Source: an uncultured Gammaproteobacteria bacterium (GTDB lineage Bacteria > Patescibacteriota > Patescibacteriia > Patescibacteriales > UBA12465). Taken from it: DNA of 64,000 nucleotides. Under the pieces are notes generated by a model. That model worked only from the letters and a program-made list of their open reading frames with translations. It was not told where the DNA came from and did no database searches. Shown here piece after piece: positions 47,305 to 57,550 of the stretch (positions within the stretch are counted from its first letter, which is position 1; the number at the start of each line of letters is the position of its first letter). The stretch lies in contig CAYPAP010000002.1 of NCBI GenBank assembly GCA_964408775.1, forward strand, positions 129,109 to 193,108. The letters are read 5' to 3'. The position numbers and the translations under genes are program-made.

Positions 47305-48297
47305 TTATTTCCCAATCAATTGTCCACAAGCCCCAAAAATATCCTCATTAAAACGATGTCTCTCTATCACTTCAACCCCCTTATGACGCAAAACTCCTCT
47401 AAAATCATTGACCGCCTTAGTATCGGACGGATCCATTTTACCCGTTTTATTATACCTTATTAAATTAACGGCATACAATGGTTTTTTCATTATAGCAGCC
47501 AAGGCTTCGGCATCCTTTTTAGAATCATTAACCCCTTTTATTAATATATACTCAAACATAACCTTGCGCTTGGTCTCAGTAATGTAATATTCAATAGCCT
47601 CCCATAGTTTTTTAAAATTATATTTTTTGGTCGCTGGCATCATTTCTATTCTATTTTTTTCGTTTACAAAATGAAGGGATATAGCCAAGTTAATTTGATA
47701 CTTTTCCCTAGCCATTTTTCTAATGCCTTCAGACACGCCAATAGTTGAAATAGATATTTTGCGGGCCGCGATATCAAAATAGTCAGGATTATTTAAATAT
47801 GATATGGCCTTAAAAACATTTTGGTAATTTAAAAATGGTTCTCCGCTACCCATAAAAACGATATTACTAAGACGACCCATTTTCTTCTCCTTTAAATATC
47901 TAGCCCAGAATAAGGCCTGGATTAAAATTTCATCATAATTAAGATTCCTAGTAAAACTAGTACCTGAAATACAAAATTTACAAGCCAGGGGACAACCGAC
48001 TTGCGAAGAAAGACAGGCAGTGTTTCTACCATCGTTATGGGCCATTAGGGCGGTCTCTATCTTACTTCCATCTTCTAAAGAAATAATAGCTTTAGCTGAG
48101 CGACCATCCTTGGAAATAAATAATTTATTCTCTATTTCTAGAGGAGCCGCCTGAGCTAACTCCTCTCGCAAAGCCAAAGAAAAAACCGAGGCTTCACTCC
48201 AATCCCCTATCAAATCTTTGAAAATTAATTTCTCAGCTTGCTTAAATCTAAATTTTGCCTGATTCGCAAAAAATTTGTTTAATAAAGATAAATTCAT
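47305..48297 (-). CDS. rlmN: 23S rRNA/tRNA (adenine-C2)-methyltransferase RlmN (radical SAM)
   Basis: CLSSQVGCPLACKFCISG and MGSGEPFLNY. The start is moved to the ATG at 48297 (MNLSLLNKFF...). Confidence 0.85.
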   Translation of the reverse strand: MNLSLLNKFFANQAKFRFKQAEKLIFKDLIGDWSEASVFSLALREELAQAAPLEIENKLFISKDGRSAKAIISLEDGSKIETALMAHNDGRNTACLSSQVGCPLACKFCISGTSFTRNLNYDEILIQALFWARYLKEKKMGRLSNIVFMGSGEPFLNYQNVFKAISYLNNPDYFDIAARKISISTIGVSEGIRKMAREKYQINLAISLHFVNEKNRIEMMPATKKYNFKKLWEAIEYYITETKRKVMFEYILIKGVNDSKKDAEALAAIMKKPLYAVNLIRYNKTGKMDPSDTKAVNDFRGVLRHKGVEVIERHRFNEDIFGACGQLIGK

Positions 48298-48396
48298 ATA
48301 GAAAAATATTAGCATTTTATAAATAATAATACAAACATCCAGCTCTTGACTATTTTCTGAAAAAGACATATAAACTCTAAGCTTAGTCGCCCACTA

Positions 48397-48425
48397 TTGA
48401 CAAAAATAAAGAAATAGTTTATAAT
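48397..48425 (+). promoter_or_regulatory. Promoter of the RlpA-like gene
   Basis: TTGACA (48397-48402), 17 nt, TATAAT (48420-48425). Confidence 0.6.
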
Positions 48426-48513
48426 TGGCGGTTAAACTTAAAATTAAGCAAAAATTGGCTTCTTATATATACTTTTGTTAAATATCGTATATTAAGGCGC
48501 TAAAAAGCTAAAA

Positions 48514-49047
48514 ATGAGACAAAAAAAGATATTTTTGACAATGGGACAGTTATTCTTAGTCGGAATTATTTCTTTCCAGGGACTAAATAGTATAAAGGGA
48601 TTCGACAATATCCTGAACAGAGATTATTCTACTAATTTAAAATCTGACTTTAAAATAAGCGGTTATCAAAATGTAGAAGATATTAGAGATATTTTTAATC
48701 CTAGAGAAAGTGATGAAAATGAGATTAAGATAGCTCTAGTGGAAGAATCCGACTATTTTTATGCTGTTGCTAGTTGGTATGGACCAGGTTTTCACGGTCG
48801 AACTATGGCTAATGGTCAAGCCTTCGATATGTACGATGAAAACGTTGTGGCTCATAAAAAACTACCCTTCGGTACTAAAGTGGAAATAATTAATCCCCGA
48901 ACTAACTCTGTCTTAGAGGCAGTGGTTAAAGATAGGGGGCCTTATATTCACGGCCGAGACTTTGATCTATCTTATGCCGGAGCTCAAAAATTAGGTATGG
49001 TAGACAAAGGCGTTGAGCAATTAAAAATAAGAATTATTGAAGAGTAA
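48514..49047 (+). CDS. rlpA: RlpA-like double-psi beta-barrel (septal lytic transglycosylase-like) protein
   Basis: ASWYGPGFHGRTMANGQAFDMYDENVVAHKKLPFGTKVEIIN...VKDRGPY...DLSYAGAQKLG. Confidence 0.75.
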   Translation: MRQKKIFLTMGQLFLVGIISFQGLNSIKGFDNILNRDYSTNLKSDFKISGYQNVEDIRDIFNPRESDENEIKIALVEESDYFYAVASWYGPGFHGRTMANGQAFDMYDENVVAHKKLPFGTKVEIINPRTNSVLEAVVKDRGPYIHGRDFDLSYAGAQKLGMVDKGVEQLKIRIIEE

Positions 49048-49061
49048 TTTAAAAAACGACT

Positions 49062-49102
49062 AAAACAAAACAACCACGTATTATGCGTGGTTGTTTTGTT
49101 TT
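49062..49102. terminator. Bidirectional terminator (17-bp stem)
   Basis: AAAACAAAACAACCACG tattatg CGTGGTTGTTTTGTTTT. Confidence 0.85.
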
Positions 49103-49115
49103 ATATAGAGAAGAA

Positions 49116-49442
49116 TTAATTTCTATATCCACCGCCATTGTTGTATCCACCACGATCTCCTCCGCCAAAATTGGAGCGAGGACGATCTTCTTGGGGACGA
49201 GCTTCACTGACGATAATATTTCTTCCTTCCATGTCAGAACCATTAAGCATTTCTACAGCTTTTTGAGCTTCTTCGTCAGAAGACATCTCAACAAACCCGA
49301 AACCCTTAGAACGTCCAGTCATTTTATCCATAATAATTATGGCTGACTCAACTGTTCCTGCTTGAGAGAATAAATCTTTCAAAGCATCTTCTTTCACAGA
49401 AAAAGGCAAACTGCCTACAAATAATTTTTTCATTTTTTTCAT
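49116..49442 (-). CDS. RRM-type RNA-binding protein with a Gly-rich tail
   Basis: RNP-2 LFVGSLPF, RNP-1 KGFGFVEM, and the C-terminal GGGDRGGYNNGGGYRN. Confidence 0.85.
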   Translation of the reverse strand: MKKMKKLFVGSLPFSVKEDALKDLFSQAGTVESAIIIMDKMTGRSKGFGFVEMSSDEEAQKAVEMLNGSDMEGRNIIVSEARPQEDRPRSNFGGGDRGGYNNGGGYRN

Positions 49443-49543
49443 TCTTATGCAAATTTATAAAAAAACAAGCCGACCTTTGATCTAACTCTTTACGAACTTT
49501 GAATTTGCGTAAGAATATAGAAAATGTCTTGTTCACGTTTATT

Positions 49544-49602
49544 ACTATACACTATTACTTTAAAAAAGGCAAGGGGTCAAGATTGCTGTTCTAATTTGCC
49601 TT
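49544..49602 (-). promoter_or_regulatory. Terminator of the GH3-like gene overlapping a candidate promoter of the RRM gene
   Basis: Minus strand: AAGGCAA, a 23-nt loop, TTGCCTT, then T6. TTGCCT (49572-49567), 17 nt, TATAGT (49549-49544). Confidence 0.35.
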
Positions 49603-49660
49603 GTTTCGCACAAAGAAAGCTATAATCTAATTTATTTCATAAGAAATTATCCCTTTTATA

Positions 49661-51190
49661 TTAATATTCAACTTTCAATAATTCCTCTAAATAATCCCTA
49701 GAATTAGACAGGCGAGGAACCTTATTTTGTCCGCCCAGCTTTCCTTTACTTTTCAACCAATCATAAAACAACCCCGAACGAGCGATGTTGATTTTGGGCG
49801 GAAGTAAAATCATGTCGTTAAATCTCTTAGCCTCATAATCAGAATTTAAACTCTTTAAAGCTGTGTCTAATTCTGTAATAAAAATATTAATATCTTCGGG
49901 CGGGTTAGAAAATTCTATTAACCACTCGTGTCCTCCCTGATTAGAATTTTCCATAAATATCGGAGCAACTGTGTAATCCAAAACCATTATCCCGGTTTTT
50001 TCTGAAACCAGACGCAAGGCCTCATCAGTATTAGAAACCATTAATTCCTCACCAAAAACATTTATAAAATGCTTAGTTCGGCCGGCCACTTTTATTTTTA
50101 AAGGCTTCAAAGAAGTTATGGTAACGGTATCCCCTATTAAATAACGCCATAGACCACCATTGGTAGAAATGGCCAGGGCGTAAGTTTTACCCAGCTCCAC
50201 CCGAGAAACATCGAGGGCCTGAGGTTTTTCTTGATCCAATTCTGTTAGCGGAATAAACTCATAAAAAACACCACTATCCAAAACCAAAAGCATATCATCA
50301 TCCCCTGCTTTTTCATTTAGAGCAAAAAATCCTTCGGAGGCGTTATAAGTTTCGAAGTAATTCATTTTAGGGTTGGGGATAATTTTTTTAAACTGTTCTT
50401 TGTACGGAGCAAAACTAACTCCACCGTGAATAAACAATTCCAAATTCGGCCAAACCTGTGAAATATTATCCTTGCCAGTCATTTCCAGTACCCTGTTCAA
50501 AACCACCAAGGTCCAAGATGGCACTCCTGCCAAGGCCGTTATATTCCTCTTAATTGCCTCTTTGGCAATCATATCAATTTTCACCTCCCAATCTCCCAAC
50601 AAAGCCGTTGATAGGCGTGGAGCTCGAAAGATTTTAGCCCAGAGGGGTAAATTATGTATTAAGATGGCAGATAGATCACCGCAAGAAGAATCATTGGAAT
50701 GTTTTTTACCAACAAAAGACCCACCAACACTGAGCGTTTTTCCAGAAAATAATTTACTTATCGGATTTGATTTTAAATATAGAGCAATCACATCTTCCCC
50801 GCCCTGGTAATGGCATTTTTTTAAAGATTCTTTGGTTATGGGAATTAACTTACTTTTACTATTAGTGGTTCCAGATGACTTAGCCAACCATTTATTTTTT
50901 CCTGGCCATAGAATATTCTCTTCGCCTAATACTACCCTTTCAATATCAGAATAGAGTTTTTCATAAGAAGATATTGGGACGCTAGACTGAAAATCAGCTA
51001 AGGCTAAATTAAAATCTTTGGCCGCTATCTTGGAATAATTATATCTTTCTCCCCAAATTGTGTCTTTAGATTTTTTAATTAAATCTAAAAAAACCTCGGC
51101 CTGAGCTGTCTGAGGATTATTTTTAAATTTCTCTATTTCTTTATAGCGAGATTTAAATTTTAGCTTAATAAATTTATTAATGAGAAACAT
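49661..51190 (-). CDS. GH3-family (acyl-acid amido synthetase-like, adenylate-forming) protein
   Basis: N-terminal pattern ...FQSSVPISSYEKLYSDIERVVLGEENILWPG...LAKSSGTTNSKSKLIPIT is typical of the bacterial GH3 domain; about 510 aa. Confidence 0.7.
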   Translation of the reverse strand: MFLINKFIKLKFKSRYKEIEKFKNNPQTAQAEVFLDLIKKSKDTIWGERYNYSKIAAKDFNLALADFQSSVPISSYEKLYSDIERVVLGEENILWPGKNKWLAKSSGTTNSKSKLIPITKESLKKCHYQGGEDVIALYLKSNPISKLFSGKTLSVGGSFVGKKHSNDSSCGDLSAILIHNLPLWAKIFRAPRLSTALLGDWEVKIDMIAKEAIKRNITALAGVPSWTLVVLNRVLEMTGKDNISQVWPNLELFIHGGVSFAPYKEQFKKIIPNPKMNYFETYNASEGFFALNEKAGDDDMLLVLDSGVFYEFIPLTELDQEKPQALDVSRVELGKTYALAISTNGGLWRYLIGDTVTITSLKPLKIKVAGRTKHFINVFGEELMVSNTDEALRLVSEKTGIMVLDYTVAPIFMENSNQGGHEWLIEFSNPPEDINIFITELDTALKSLNSDYEAKRFNDMILLPPKINIARSGLFYDWLKSKGKLGGQNKVPRLSNSRDYLEELLKVEY

Positions 51191-51223
51191 ATTATAATTA
51201 TTATTTAAACTGCCCTTATTTAT

Positions 51224-53005
51224 TTAATCACCCCTAATATCGCCTAAAGACTGTAAAGAGCTTAATTTCTTATACAAACCATCCTTCTTATTAATCAACT
51301 GTAAATGAGCCCCCTCCTCTACTACTTGTCCCTCTTCAATTACTGCTATCTTATCAGCCATTTTAATAGTGCTAAGGCGATGAGCAATAATAATAATAGT
51401 TTTATTCTTAGCTATCTTAGCAATAGAATCTTGAATTAATTTTTCGCTTTCAGTATCAAGATTACTAGTAGCTTCATCAAAAATTAATATTTTTGGATTA
51501 GCTAAAACGGCTCGAGCGATACCAACTCGCTGTCTTTGCCCGCCGGATAATTTAATTCCTCTTTCTCCTACTACAGTGTCATAACCATCTTTTAATTTTT
51601 TTACAAATTCATGGGCATTGGCTATTTTAGCGGCGGCCTCAATTTCTGACACACTAGCTCCCTTATTTGAATAGGAAATATTATCGGAAATAGAAGCATC
51701 AAAAATATCAACTTCTTGTGGAACAATTGACAAAAAACTTCTTAAATTAAATAGATCCAAGTCCTTTAAGTTATTACCATCTAATAAAATTTGACCAGAA
51801 GAAGGGTCGAAGTGACGAAAAATTAAGCGAATAATAGTTGTTTTTCCACCACCAGAAGGACCAACAAGGGCAGTAATAGCTCCAGCTGGAATCTCCAAAT
51901 TTAATTTATTTAAAACCCTCTCAGAATTCTTATAATAAAAGTTAACATCTTCAAATTTAATCTGTCCATCAATTTTTTTTAATTTTAATTTCCCGTCGTT
52001 TTTAATATTGCTTTCGGTCTTTAAAAGGCTAGCAATACGATTAACCCCCTCTAAGCCCTCGGCAAATCTATCATAAATACGATAAACTCGAGATAAGGAG
52101 CTAAACACCTTCTCCGATAAAGTAATAACAAAAACCAAGGTTCCGATAGTCATCTCTCCACTAACAACTAAATAAATTCCTAAAAACAAAAACAATATTC
52201 GAGCAGCAGAGACAACTACCTCCCTAATACTGGCAAAACGCAAAACATAGAACCACTCCTTTCTTTCTCCAGTAAAAATATCTTTTTTTAATGAGGAAAA
52301 TTCATTAACCTCTCTCTCTTGTTGAGAAAAAGATTGAACAGTGTTCACATTGATTATTGATTGAACCATTTTACCCGAAGCTAACTCATAATCCTTATAC
52401 CTTTTTTTCCTGGTTGGATAAATATTTTTATTAACAAAAATATTAATAACAATAATAATGGCGGAAAAAATAATTAAAAGCAGTGCTAAGCGAATATCAA
52501 TGATAACTAATATTATCAAAGTTGATAATAATTGAAATAAAACTGGCAAAAATTCCCAAAAAATATTTCCTAAAAGGTCCACTAACTTAAAAGTCCCTCT
52601 CTCAATTTTAGCAATCTTATTCCCAGTCCCCTCCTCTTGATGATAAGATAAATCTAATTCTAATAATTTCTTTTGACACTTTATTGGCAAATCATACCCC
52701 GCCTTTAAAAGAACGGAAAAAACCTTTCTGCTTTTTAAATAATCAAACAAGGAGATTACCAGTAAGGAGATAAAAAATAATAAAATTAAGTTAACAAAAT
52801 GACCAATTTTATCAAGTGATAGTAAGTGTAAATCGTCTATTATTATTTTTAAAATATAAGGACCGATAAGCTTTAAGCCTTCTATTAAAATAATAAAAAA
52901 AAATAAAAAAATAACTGACCTAGAATAAGGCTTAATCAATTTTATAAAATCATAAACAACGCTACTCTTTATTGGCAGCTTTTTCTCTTTTTCTTTTTTG
53001 TCCAT
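51224..53005 (-). CDS. ABC transporter, fused permease/ATPase (MsbA/exporter type)
   Basis: Six-TM N-terminal half; GPSGGGKTT, LSGGQRQR, ILIFDEATSNLD. Confidence 0.85.
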   Translation of the reverse strand: MDKKEKEKKLPIKSSVVYDFIKLIKPYSRSVIFLFFFIILIEGLKLIGPYILKIIIDDLHLLSLDKIGHFVNLILLFFISLLVISLFDYLKSRKVFSVLLKAGYDLPIKCQKKLLELDLSYHQEEGTGNKIAKIERGTFKLVDLLGNIFWEFLPVLFQLLSTLIILVIIDIRLALLLIIFSAIIIVINIFVNKNIYPTRKKRYKDYELASGKMVQSIINVNTVQSFSQQEREVNEFSSLKKDIFTGERKEWFYVLRFASIREVVVSAARILFLFLGIYLVVSGEMTIGTLVFVITLSEKVFSSLSRVYRIYDRFAEGLEGVNRIASLLKTESNIKNDGKLKLKKIDGQIKFEDVNFYYKNSERVLNKLNLEIPAGAITALVGPSGGGKTTIIRLIFRHFDPSSGQILLDGNNLKDLDLFNLRSFLSIVPQEVDIFDASISDNISYSNKGASVSEIEAAAKIANAHEFVKKLKDGYDTVVGERGIKLSGGQRQRVGIARAVLANPKILIFDEATSNLDTESEKLIQDSIAKIAKNKTIIIIAHRLSTIKMADKIAVIEEGQVVEEGAHLQLINKKDGLYKKLSSLQSLGDIRGD

Positions 53006-53012
53006 TGTATTG

Positions 53013-54320
53013 TTATGGATTTAGACGATTAACATCGCGAGGTAAAAAAGTGGCCTCTTTAACATTAGGCAAATCGAGTATTTTAGTAATAATTCTAACC
53101 GGCCCCATACCAATTCCTCCGTGATTTGGGCAACCAAAACGGAAAAAATTAATATAATCCTTAAGCTCTTCTAAATTCATTTCTTTTTCAATAGCTTGTT
53201 TTTCTAAATAATCTACTCGATGCTCTCGCTCTGAACCAGTAGTTACCTCCAAGCCTCTATACAAAAGATCGAAGCTTTTAGTTAAGGCTGGATTATCTTC
53301 ATGTCTCATATGGTAGAAGGGGCGAGCTTCTATTGGGTAATCAATTATAAAAACAAAGTCATGATCAAGTTCTTTTTTAATAATCTCCCCTAAAACTTTT
53401 TCTTCCTCAGTGGAAAAATCAAATTCTTTTTCGCTTTTAATACCAGCTTTGTCTAATTTTTCCTTAGCCTCCTTAAAAGTAACACGAGGAAAAGGTTTAG
53501 TTGGAATATCAATATCTAATCCCAAATCTTCTTTTATTCTTTTAAAGCCCGCTATCAAAAGATCCTCTTCTATACTCATAATATCATCATAAGAAGCATA
53601 AGAAACCTCTAAGTCCCAGCCAGTAAATTCAGTAGTGTGCCGGGAAGTAAAAGATTTTTCAGCCCTAAAAACAGGCCCAAAAACAAAAACTTTTTCCAGT
53701 CCAGCGGCCATGGCCATTTGTTTGAAAAATTGAGGTGATTGAGAAAGATAGGCTTTTTTATCAAAATATTTAACTTCAAAAACATCAGATCCGGTCTCAC
53801 TGGAAGTGCTCATAAGGCTGGGGCTGTAAATTTGAGTAAACTTATTCTTTAATAAATACTCTCTAATACCTTCTTCTAATTTAGTCCAAACTTTAAATAT
53901 TAATTGCTTATCTTTTTGCCTAAGATCTAACCAGCGATAATCAAGGCGATTATCTAGATTAGCCTCGTTATCACTCTTTACTAAAACAGGGATAGGTAGA
54001 CTTTCTTCAGCTAATGAAATAATCTCCAAACTACTTATTAATAGCTCAAAATCTTTAGGGGCGTCGGGTTCGCTTTTTTTGGCTGGCTTTTCCTTTAAAG
54101 AACCCTTAACCTTAATAACGCTTTCTAAGGTTATTTTTTCAGCTAATTTAAAAATATCAGGGTTATCACCTTCGACTAAAACCAACTGCATTAAACCAGA
54201 AATATCAGCCAGGTCCATAAAAACAAGACCTTTGTGTGAGCGAAAATTACGCACAAAACCAGCCAGTTCTACCTCTCCCTGCCCCACTTTTTTAGCTTCG
54301 GCAATTAAAACTCTTGACAT
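53013..54320 (-). CDS. aspS: Aspartyl-tRNA synthetase, archaeal/eukaryal-type (short form)
   Basis: FRAEKSFTSRHTTEFTGWDLE, GGIGMGPVRI, and a C-terminal FLPRDVNRLNP; about 435 aa. Confidence 0.85.
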   Translation of the reverse strand: MSRVLIAEAKKVGQGEVELAGFVRNFRSHKGLVFMDLADISGLMQLVLVEGDNPDIFKLAEKITLESVIKVKGSLKEKPAKKSEPDAPKDFELLISSLEIISLAEESLPIPVLVKSDNEANLDNRLDYRWLDLRQKDKQLIFKVWTKLEEGIREYLLKNKFTQIYSPSLMSTSSETGSDVFEVKYFDKKAYLSQSPQFFKQMAMAAGLEKVFVFGPVFRAEKSFTSRHTTEFTGWDLEVSYASYDDIMSIEEDLLIAGFKRIKEDLGLDIDIPTKPFPRVTFKEAKEKLDKAGIKSEKEFDFSTEEEKVLGEIIKKELDHDFVFIIDYPIEARPFYHMRHEDNPALTKSFDLLYRGLEVTTGSEREHRVDYLEKQAIEKEMNLEELKDYINFFRFGCPNHGGIGMGPVRIITKILDLPNVKEATFLPRDVNRLNP

Positions 54321-54401
54321 AAATTTAAATTATTTAATTAAAAATATTTTACTTAAATTAATAAAAATTTTCTAAATATAAAATTTTTATTATTATTTAA
54401 T

Positions 54402-54653
54402 CTACAGCTCCTTTTCTACATTGATAATCAAGTCTTTTTTACTGTCATCTCCTATCATCTTACTAAAAACAAAGAGGTATAGGATTTCCAAAATTCCAGC
54501 AGTATTAACTATTATCATTGCTATAAACCAAGGCTTATGGCCCAAACGAGCTGACTTCCATAAAGCCAAACCCTTCCAGATAAGAGACCAAATCATTAGC
54601 GCAAGCAACAAGAAAAGAAACAAAGAAAAATTGTTCAAAATAAAATCTTCCAT
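54402..54653 (-). CDS. Small two-TM membrane protein (DUF5652-like by recollection)
   Basis: IWKGLALWKSARLGHKPWFIAMIIVNTAGILEILYLFVF. Confidence 0.45.
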   Translation of the reverse strand: MEDFILNNFSLFLFLLLALMIWSLIWKGLALWKSARLGHKPWFIAMIIVNTAGILEILYLFVFSKMIGDDSKKDLIINVEKEL

Positions 54654-54686
54654 TTTTTTATAAATTAATTATAAAGTTATATAAAA

Positions 54687-56081
54687 TTAAAATTCAGCAT
54701 TTTTAGGAGTGCGGGGAAAAGGAATAACGTCTCTAATATTAGCCATACCAGATAGATACATAATAAGCCTTTCAAAGCCTAGGCCAAATCCAGCGTGCTT
54801 AACCGAGCCATATTTACGTAAATCTAAATACCACCAATATTCTTCCTCATTTAAACCCTGATCCTTGATTCTTTGCTTCAAAATATCCAAACGATCCTCC
54901 CTTTGACTGCCACCAATAATCTCACCAACTCCAGGAACCAATAAATCCATAGCCGCTACAGTTTTATCATCATCATTTAATCTCATATAAAAAGCCTTGA
55001 TACCCCTGGGATAATCAGTTACAAAAACTGGACCCTTAACCACCTCTTCGCTTAAATAACGCTCGTGCTCGGTCTGCAAATCTATTCCCCATTTAACAGG
55101 GTATTCAAAATTCTTACCAGATTTTTCTAAGATTTCGATGGCCTCGGTATAAGTCATTCTTTTAAATTCAGATTTTAGTATTAAATTTAAACGTTCCAAT
55201 AAACTAGTATCAATGAACTTATTAAAAAATTCCATTTCTTCTGGCAACTCTTTTAAAACATATTCTATTAAATACTTAATCATTTTTTCAGCTAAATCCA
55301 TGTCGTCACTTAAATCAGCGAAGGCTATCTCCGGCTCTAACATCCAAAACTCACAAGCATGACGAGTAGTTGTTGATTTCTCGGCTCTAAAAGTTGGCCC
55401 AAAAGTATAAACTTTATTCAAACCAGGAATAAGCGCCTCGGCCTGAAGTTGACCGCTAACAGTTAGGCCTGTTTTTTTACTAAAAAAGTCCCTAGAATAA
55501 TCCACTTCTCCTTTATCATTTTTTGGAATTGGTTTTTCTAAATCAAAGGTTGTAACATTAAACATTTCACCAGCGCCTTCGCAATCACTACCAGAAATTA
55601 TTGGGGTATGAGCGTAGACAAATCCTTCTTCTTGAAAAAATTTATGAATTGCAAAACTTAATACTGAGCGCAAACGGAAAACGGCTGAAAAAGTATTACT
55701 ACGAGAACGCAAGTGGGCTATTTCTCTTAAAAACTCAAAACTATGACGCTTTTTCTGTAAAGGATAATCATTTGGAGCTGAGGAGATAATATTAATTTTG
55801 CTAGCCTGAAGCTCAAAAGATTGACCCTGGGCCGGAGATTCTACTAGCTTACCACTAATTTCCAAGGAAGATCCAATAGTCAGCTTTTCTATTTCAGAAA
55901 AATTAGTCAATTTTTCATCAAAAACGACCTGCAAACCCTTGAAAAAAGTACCGTCATTTACTTCGATAAAGCCTAAACCCTTAGAGACTCGGACAGTTCT
56001 AACCCAGGCCCCTATCTTAATATCCCCTTTTAAGTATTTACCTGCTTCTTGATATAAAAATTTTATAGGAATATAAGTCAT
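54687..56081 (-). CDS. asnS: Asparaginyl-tRNA synthetase
   Basis: [33 protein letters not shown], and a C-terminal [12 protein letters not shown]. The start is moved to the ATG at 56081. Confidence 0.85.
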   Translation of the reverse strand: MTYIPIKFLYQEAGKYLKGDIKIGAWVRTVRVSKGLGFIEVNDGTFFKGLQVVFDEKLTNFSEIEKLTIGSSLEISGKLVESPAQGQSFELQASKINIISSAPNDYPLQKKRHSFEFLREIAHLRSRSNTFSAVFRLRSVLSFAIHKFFQEEGFVYAHTPIISGSDCEGAGEMFNVTTFDLEKPIPKNDKGEVDYSRDFFSKKTGLTVSGQLQAEALIPGLNKVYTFGPTFRAEKSTTTRHACEFWMLEPEIAFADLSDDMDLAEKMIKYLIEYVLKELPEEMEFFNKFIDTSLLERLNLILKSEFKRMTYTEAIEILEKSGKNFEYPVKWGIDLQTEHERYLSEEVVKGPVFVTDYPRGIKAFYMRLNDDDKTVAAMDLLVPGVGEIIGGSQREDRLDILKQRIKDQGLNEEEYWWYLDLRKYGSVKHAGFGLGFERLIMYLSGMANIRDVIPFPRTPKNAEF

Positions 56082-56181
56082 ACTTATTATGAATTTATTA
56101 ATAATTAATATTAATATAATAACTAATAAAAAGGGTTTTGACAAGGGAAATTAACTTAAAGATTGAAACAAAAATATTTAT

Positions 56182-56216
56182 AAAAAAATCGCCTTTTAAA
56201 GCGATTTTCCTTTTTT
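56182..56216. terminator. Hairpin terminator after the 56226-56606 gene
   Basis: AAATCGC cttttaaa GCGATTT, flanked by an A-run and T-rich tracts. Confidence 0.6.
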
Positions 56217-56225
56217 AAAGGATTT

Positions 56226-56606
56226 TTAGGAAATTTGGAATAAATTTTCATCACCAATCTCTACCAAAAGGCATTTAGTAGAGCCTTCTCCTGTGCCTAT
56301 TCCTTGGTAATTACCATTATAGCATTGGCCATCATTCTCCAGGCTATACAATATTTCATCATCTCGATGAGAATATCTTTTGGTAAAAACCATCTTTTCT
56401 CCAATTATTGTCCCGGAAATATCAGCCTCACCATGTTTATCGATTAAAAACCCCTCAAAGGCGATAGCATCTTTCATCTTAATAATTCCGAAGTAAGACG
56501 AATTAGAAAATAATTGCCTTAAAGGAATTTTTTCGCTCCCAATAATTCCAGGAATATTAAACGAAAAACAATCATTAAAAGTAAAGAGACCAAAGACCAA
56601 AATCAT
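56226..56606 (-). CDS. Hypothetical protein downstream of the lexA-like gene
   Basis: Strong SD (aaAGGAGGGaatATG). No motif recognised. Confidence 0.45.
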   Translation of the reverse strand: MILVFGLFTFNDCFSFNIPGIIGSEKIPLRQLFSNSSYFGIIKMKDAIAFEGFLIDKHGEADISGTIIGEKMVFTKRYSHRDDEILYSLENDGQCYNGNYQGIGTGEGSTKCLLVEIGDENLFQIS

Positions 56607-56705
56607 ATTCCCTCCTTTTTTTAAAAAAAATATTAATAACTAAAAGAGCTAATCATAATATTTAAACACAACAAATTTAATAAGTCAATTATAAAAGAGG
56701 CTTTT

Positions 56706-57341
56706 TTAGGCCCCCTTTAATACTCCGACGACTTTTCCAGCTACTGAATAAGAATCAGCATCATCCTGGTGGATGTATATAGGATCATAACTAGAAGTGG
56801 ACTCTGATAATAAAACAACTAAATTTCTGTCAGAATCTTTTTTGAATTTTTTAATATTAGCCGCCCCATCTATAATAGATAAAACATAATCACCGTTTTC
56901 TGGATTTTTATAATCGCTATCAACCAAGACATAGTCTCCGTCATCTATAGATTCTTTTCCAATAAAAGCCTTGTTCATGGAATTACCCTTGGCCTTTACT
57001 ACAAAAATATCTTTAACTTTTTTAATAATAGCTGGGGAAACCTTTAAATATCCCTGGACATGATTATCGGCTAAAGAAATTGCCTCTCCACAATTAGCCA
57101 TTCCATAAATTGGTAAAGAAACTAGACCTGATTTTTTGTTTTCCTCTTTTATAGAGACCAAGAAATATTTACCATTTTTGTTTTTCAACAAACCTCGTTT
57201 TACTAATTGCTGAAGATGATGTTTAATAATTTGAGGCTTTTCCCTCCCCAGACCAACCTCTTCTCCAATATCTCTCAGAGTCAAAGAGGAAAGATCTTTT
57301 TTATTAGCCAAAATCATTAGTTTTTTTTGTATTTCATGCAT
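56706..57341 (-). CDS. lexA: LexA-like repressor (wHTH plus S24 peptidase domain)
   Basis: N-terminal wHTH (LTLRDIGEEVGL...IKHHLQQLVKRGLL) and C-terminal VKAKGNSMNKAF...DGDYVLV...ANIKKFK (Ser/Lys dyad). Confidence 0.7.
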   Translation of the reverse strand: MHEIQKKLMILANKKDLSSLTLRDIGEEVGLGREKPQIIKHHLQQLVKRGLLKNKNGKYFLVSIKEENKKSGLVSLPIYGMANCGEAISLADNHVQGYLKVSPAIIKKVKDIFVVKAKGNSMNKAFIGKESIDDGDYVLVDSDYKNPENGDYVLSIIDGAANIKKFKKDSDRNLVVLLSESTSSYDPIYIHQDDADSYSVAGKVVGVLKGA

Positions 57342-57371
57342 AAAATTTGATTTTTAATTAATTATATTTTA

Positions 57372-57400
57372 ATTATAAGGAATTTTAGAAGTTTTGTCAA
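57372..57400 (-). promoter_or_regulatory. Promoter of the lexA-like gene
   Basis: Minus strand: TTGACA (57400-57395), 17 nt, TATAAT (57377-57372). Confidence 0.6.
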
Positions 57401-57444
57401 GTTTTTTGTCAAAAGTTATCCACAGGATTGACAAGTTTTATCTC

Positions 57445-57473
57445 TTGACAAGATTTATTTCATGAATTATAAT
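57445..57473 (+). promoter_or_regulatory. Divergent promoter of the 57551 gene
   Basis: TTGACA (57445-57450), 17 nt, TATAAT (57468-57473). Confidence 0.6.
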
Positions 57474-57550
57474 TAAAATAGATTTAAGAAAATATAATTA
57501 ATTAAATTTCACCCGAGAAAACCTCATCTCTTGGGTAAAATAAAAAAACT

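Noticed and set aside
48426-48513. c-di-AMP (ydaO-type) riboswitch in front of the RlpA-like cell-wall gene
   Set aside because: The leader is only ~88 nt and AT-rich, too short for that riboswitch class. No conserved motif recognised.
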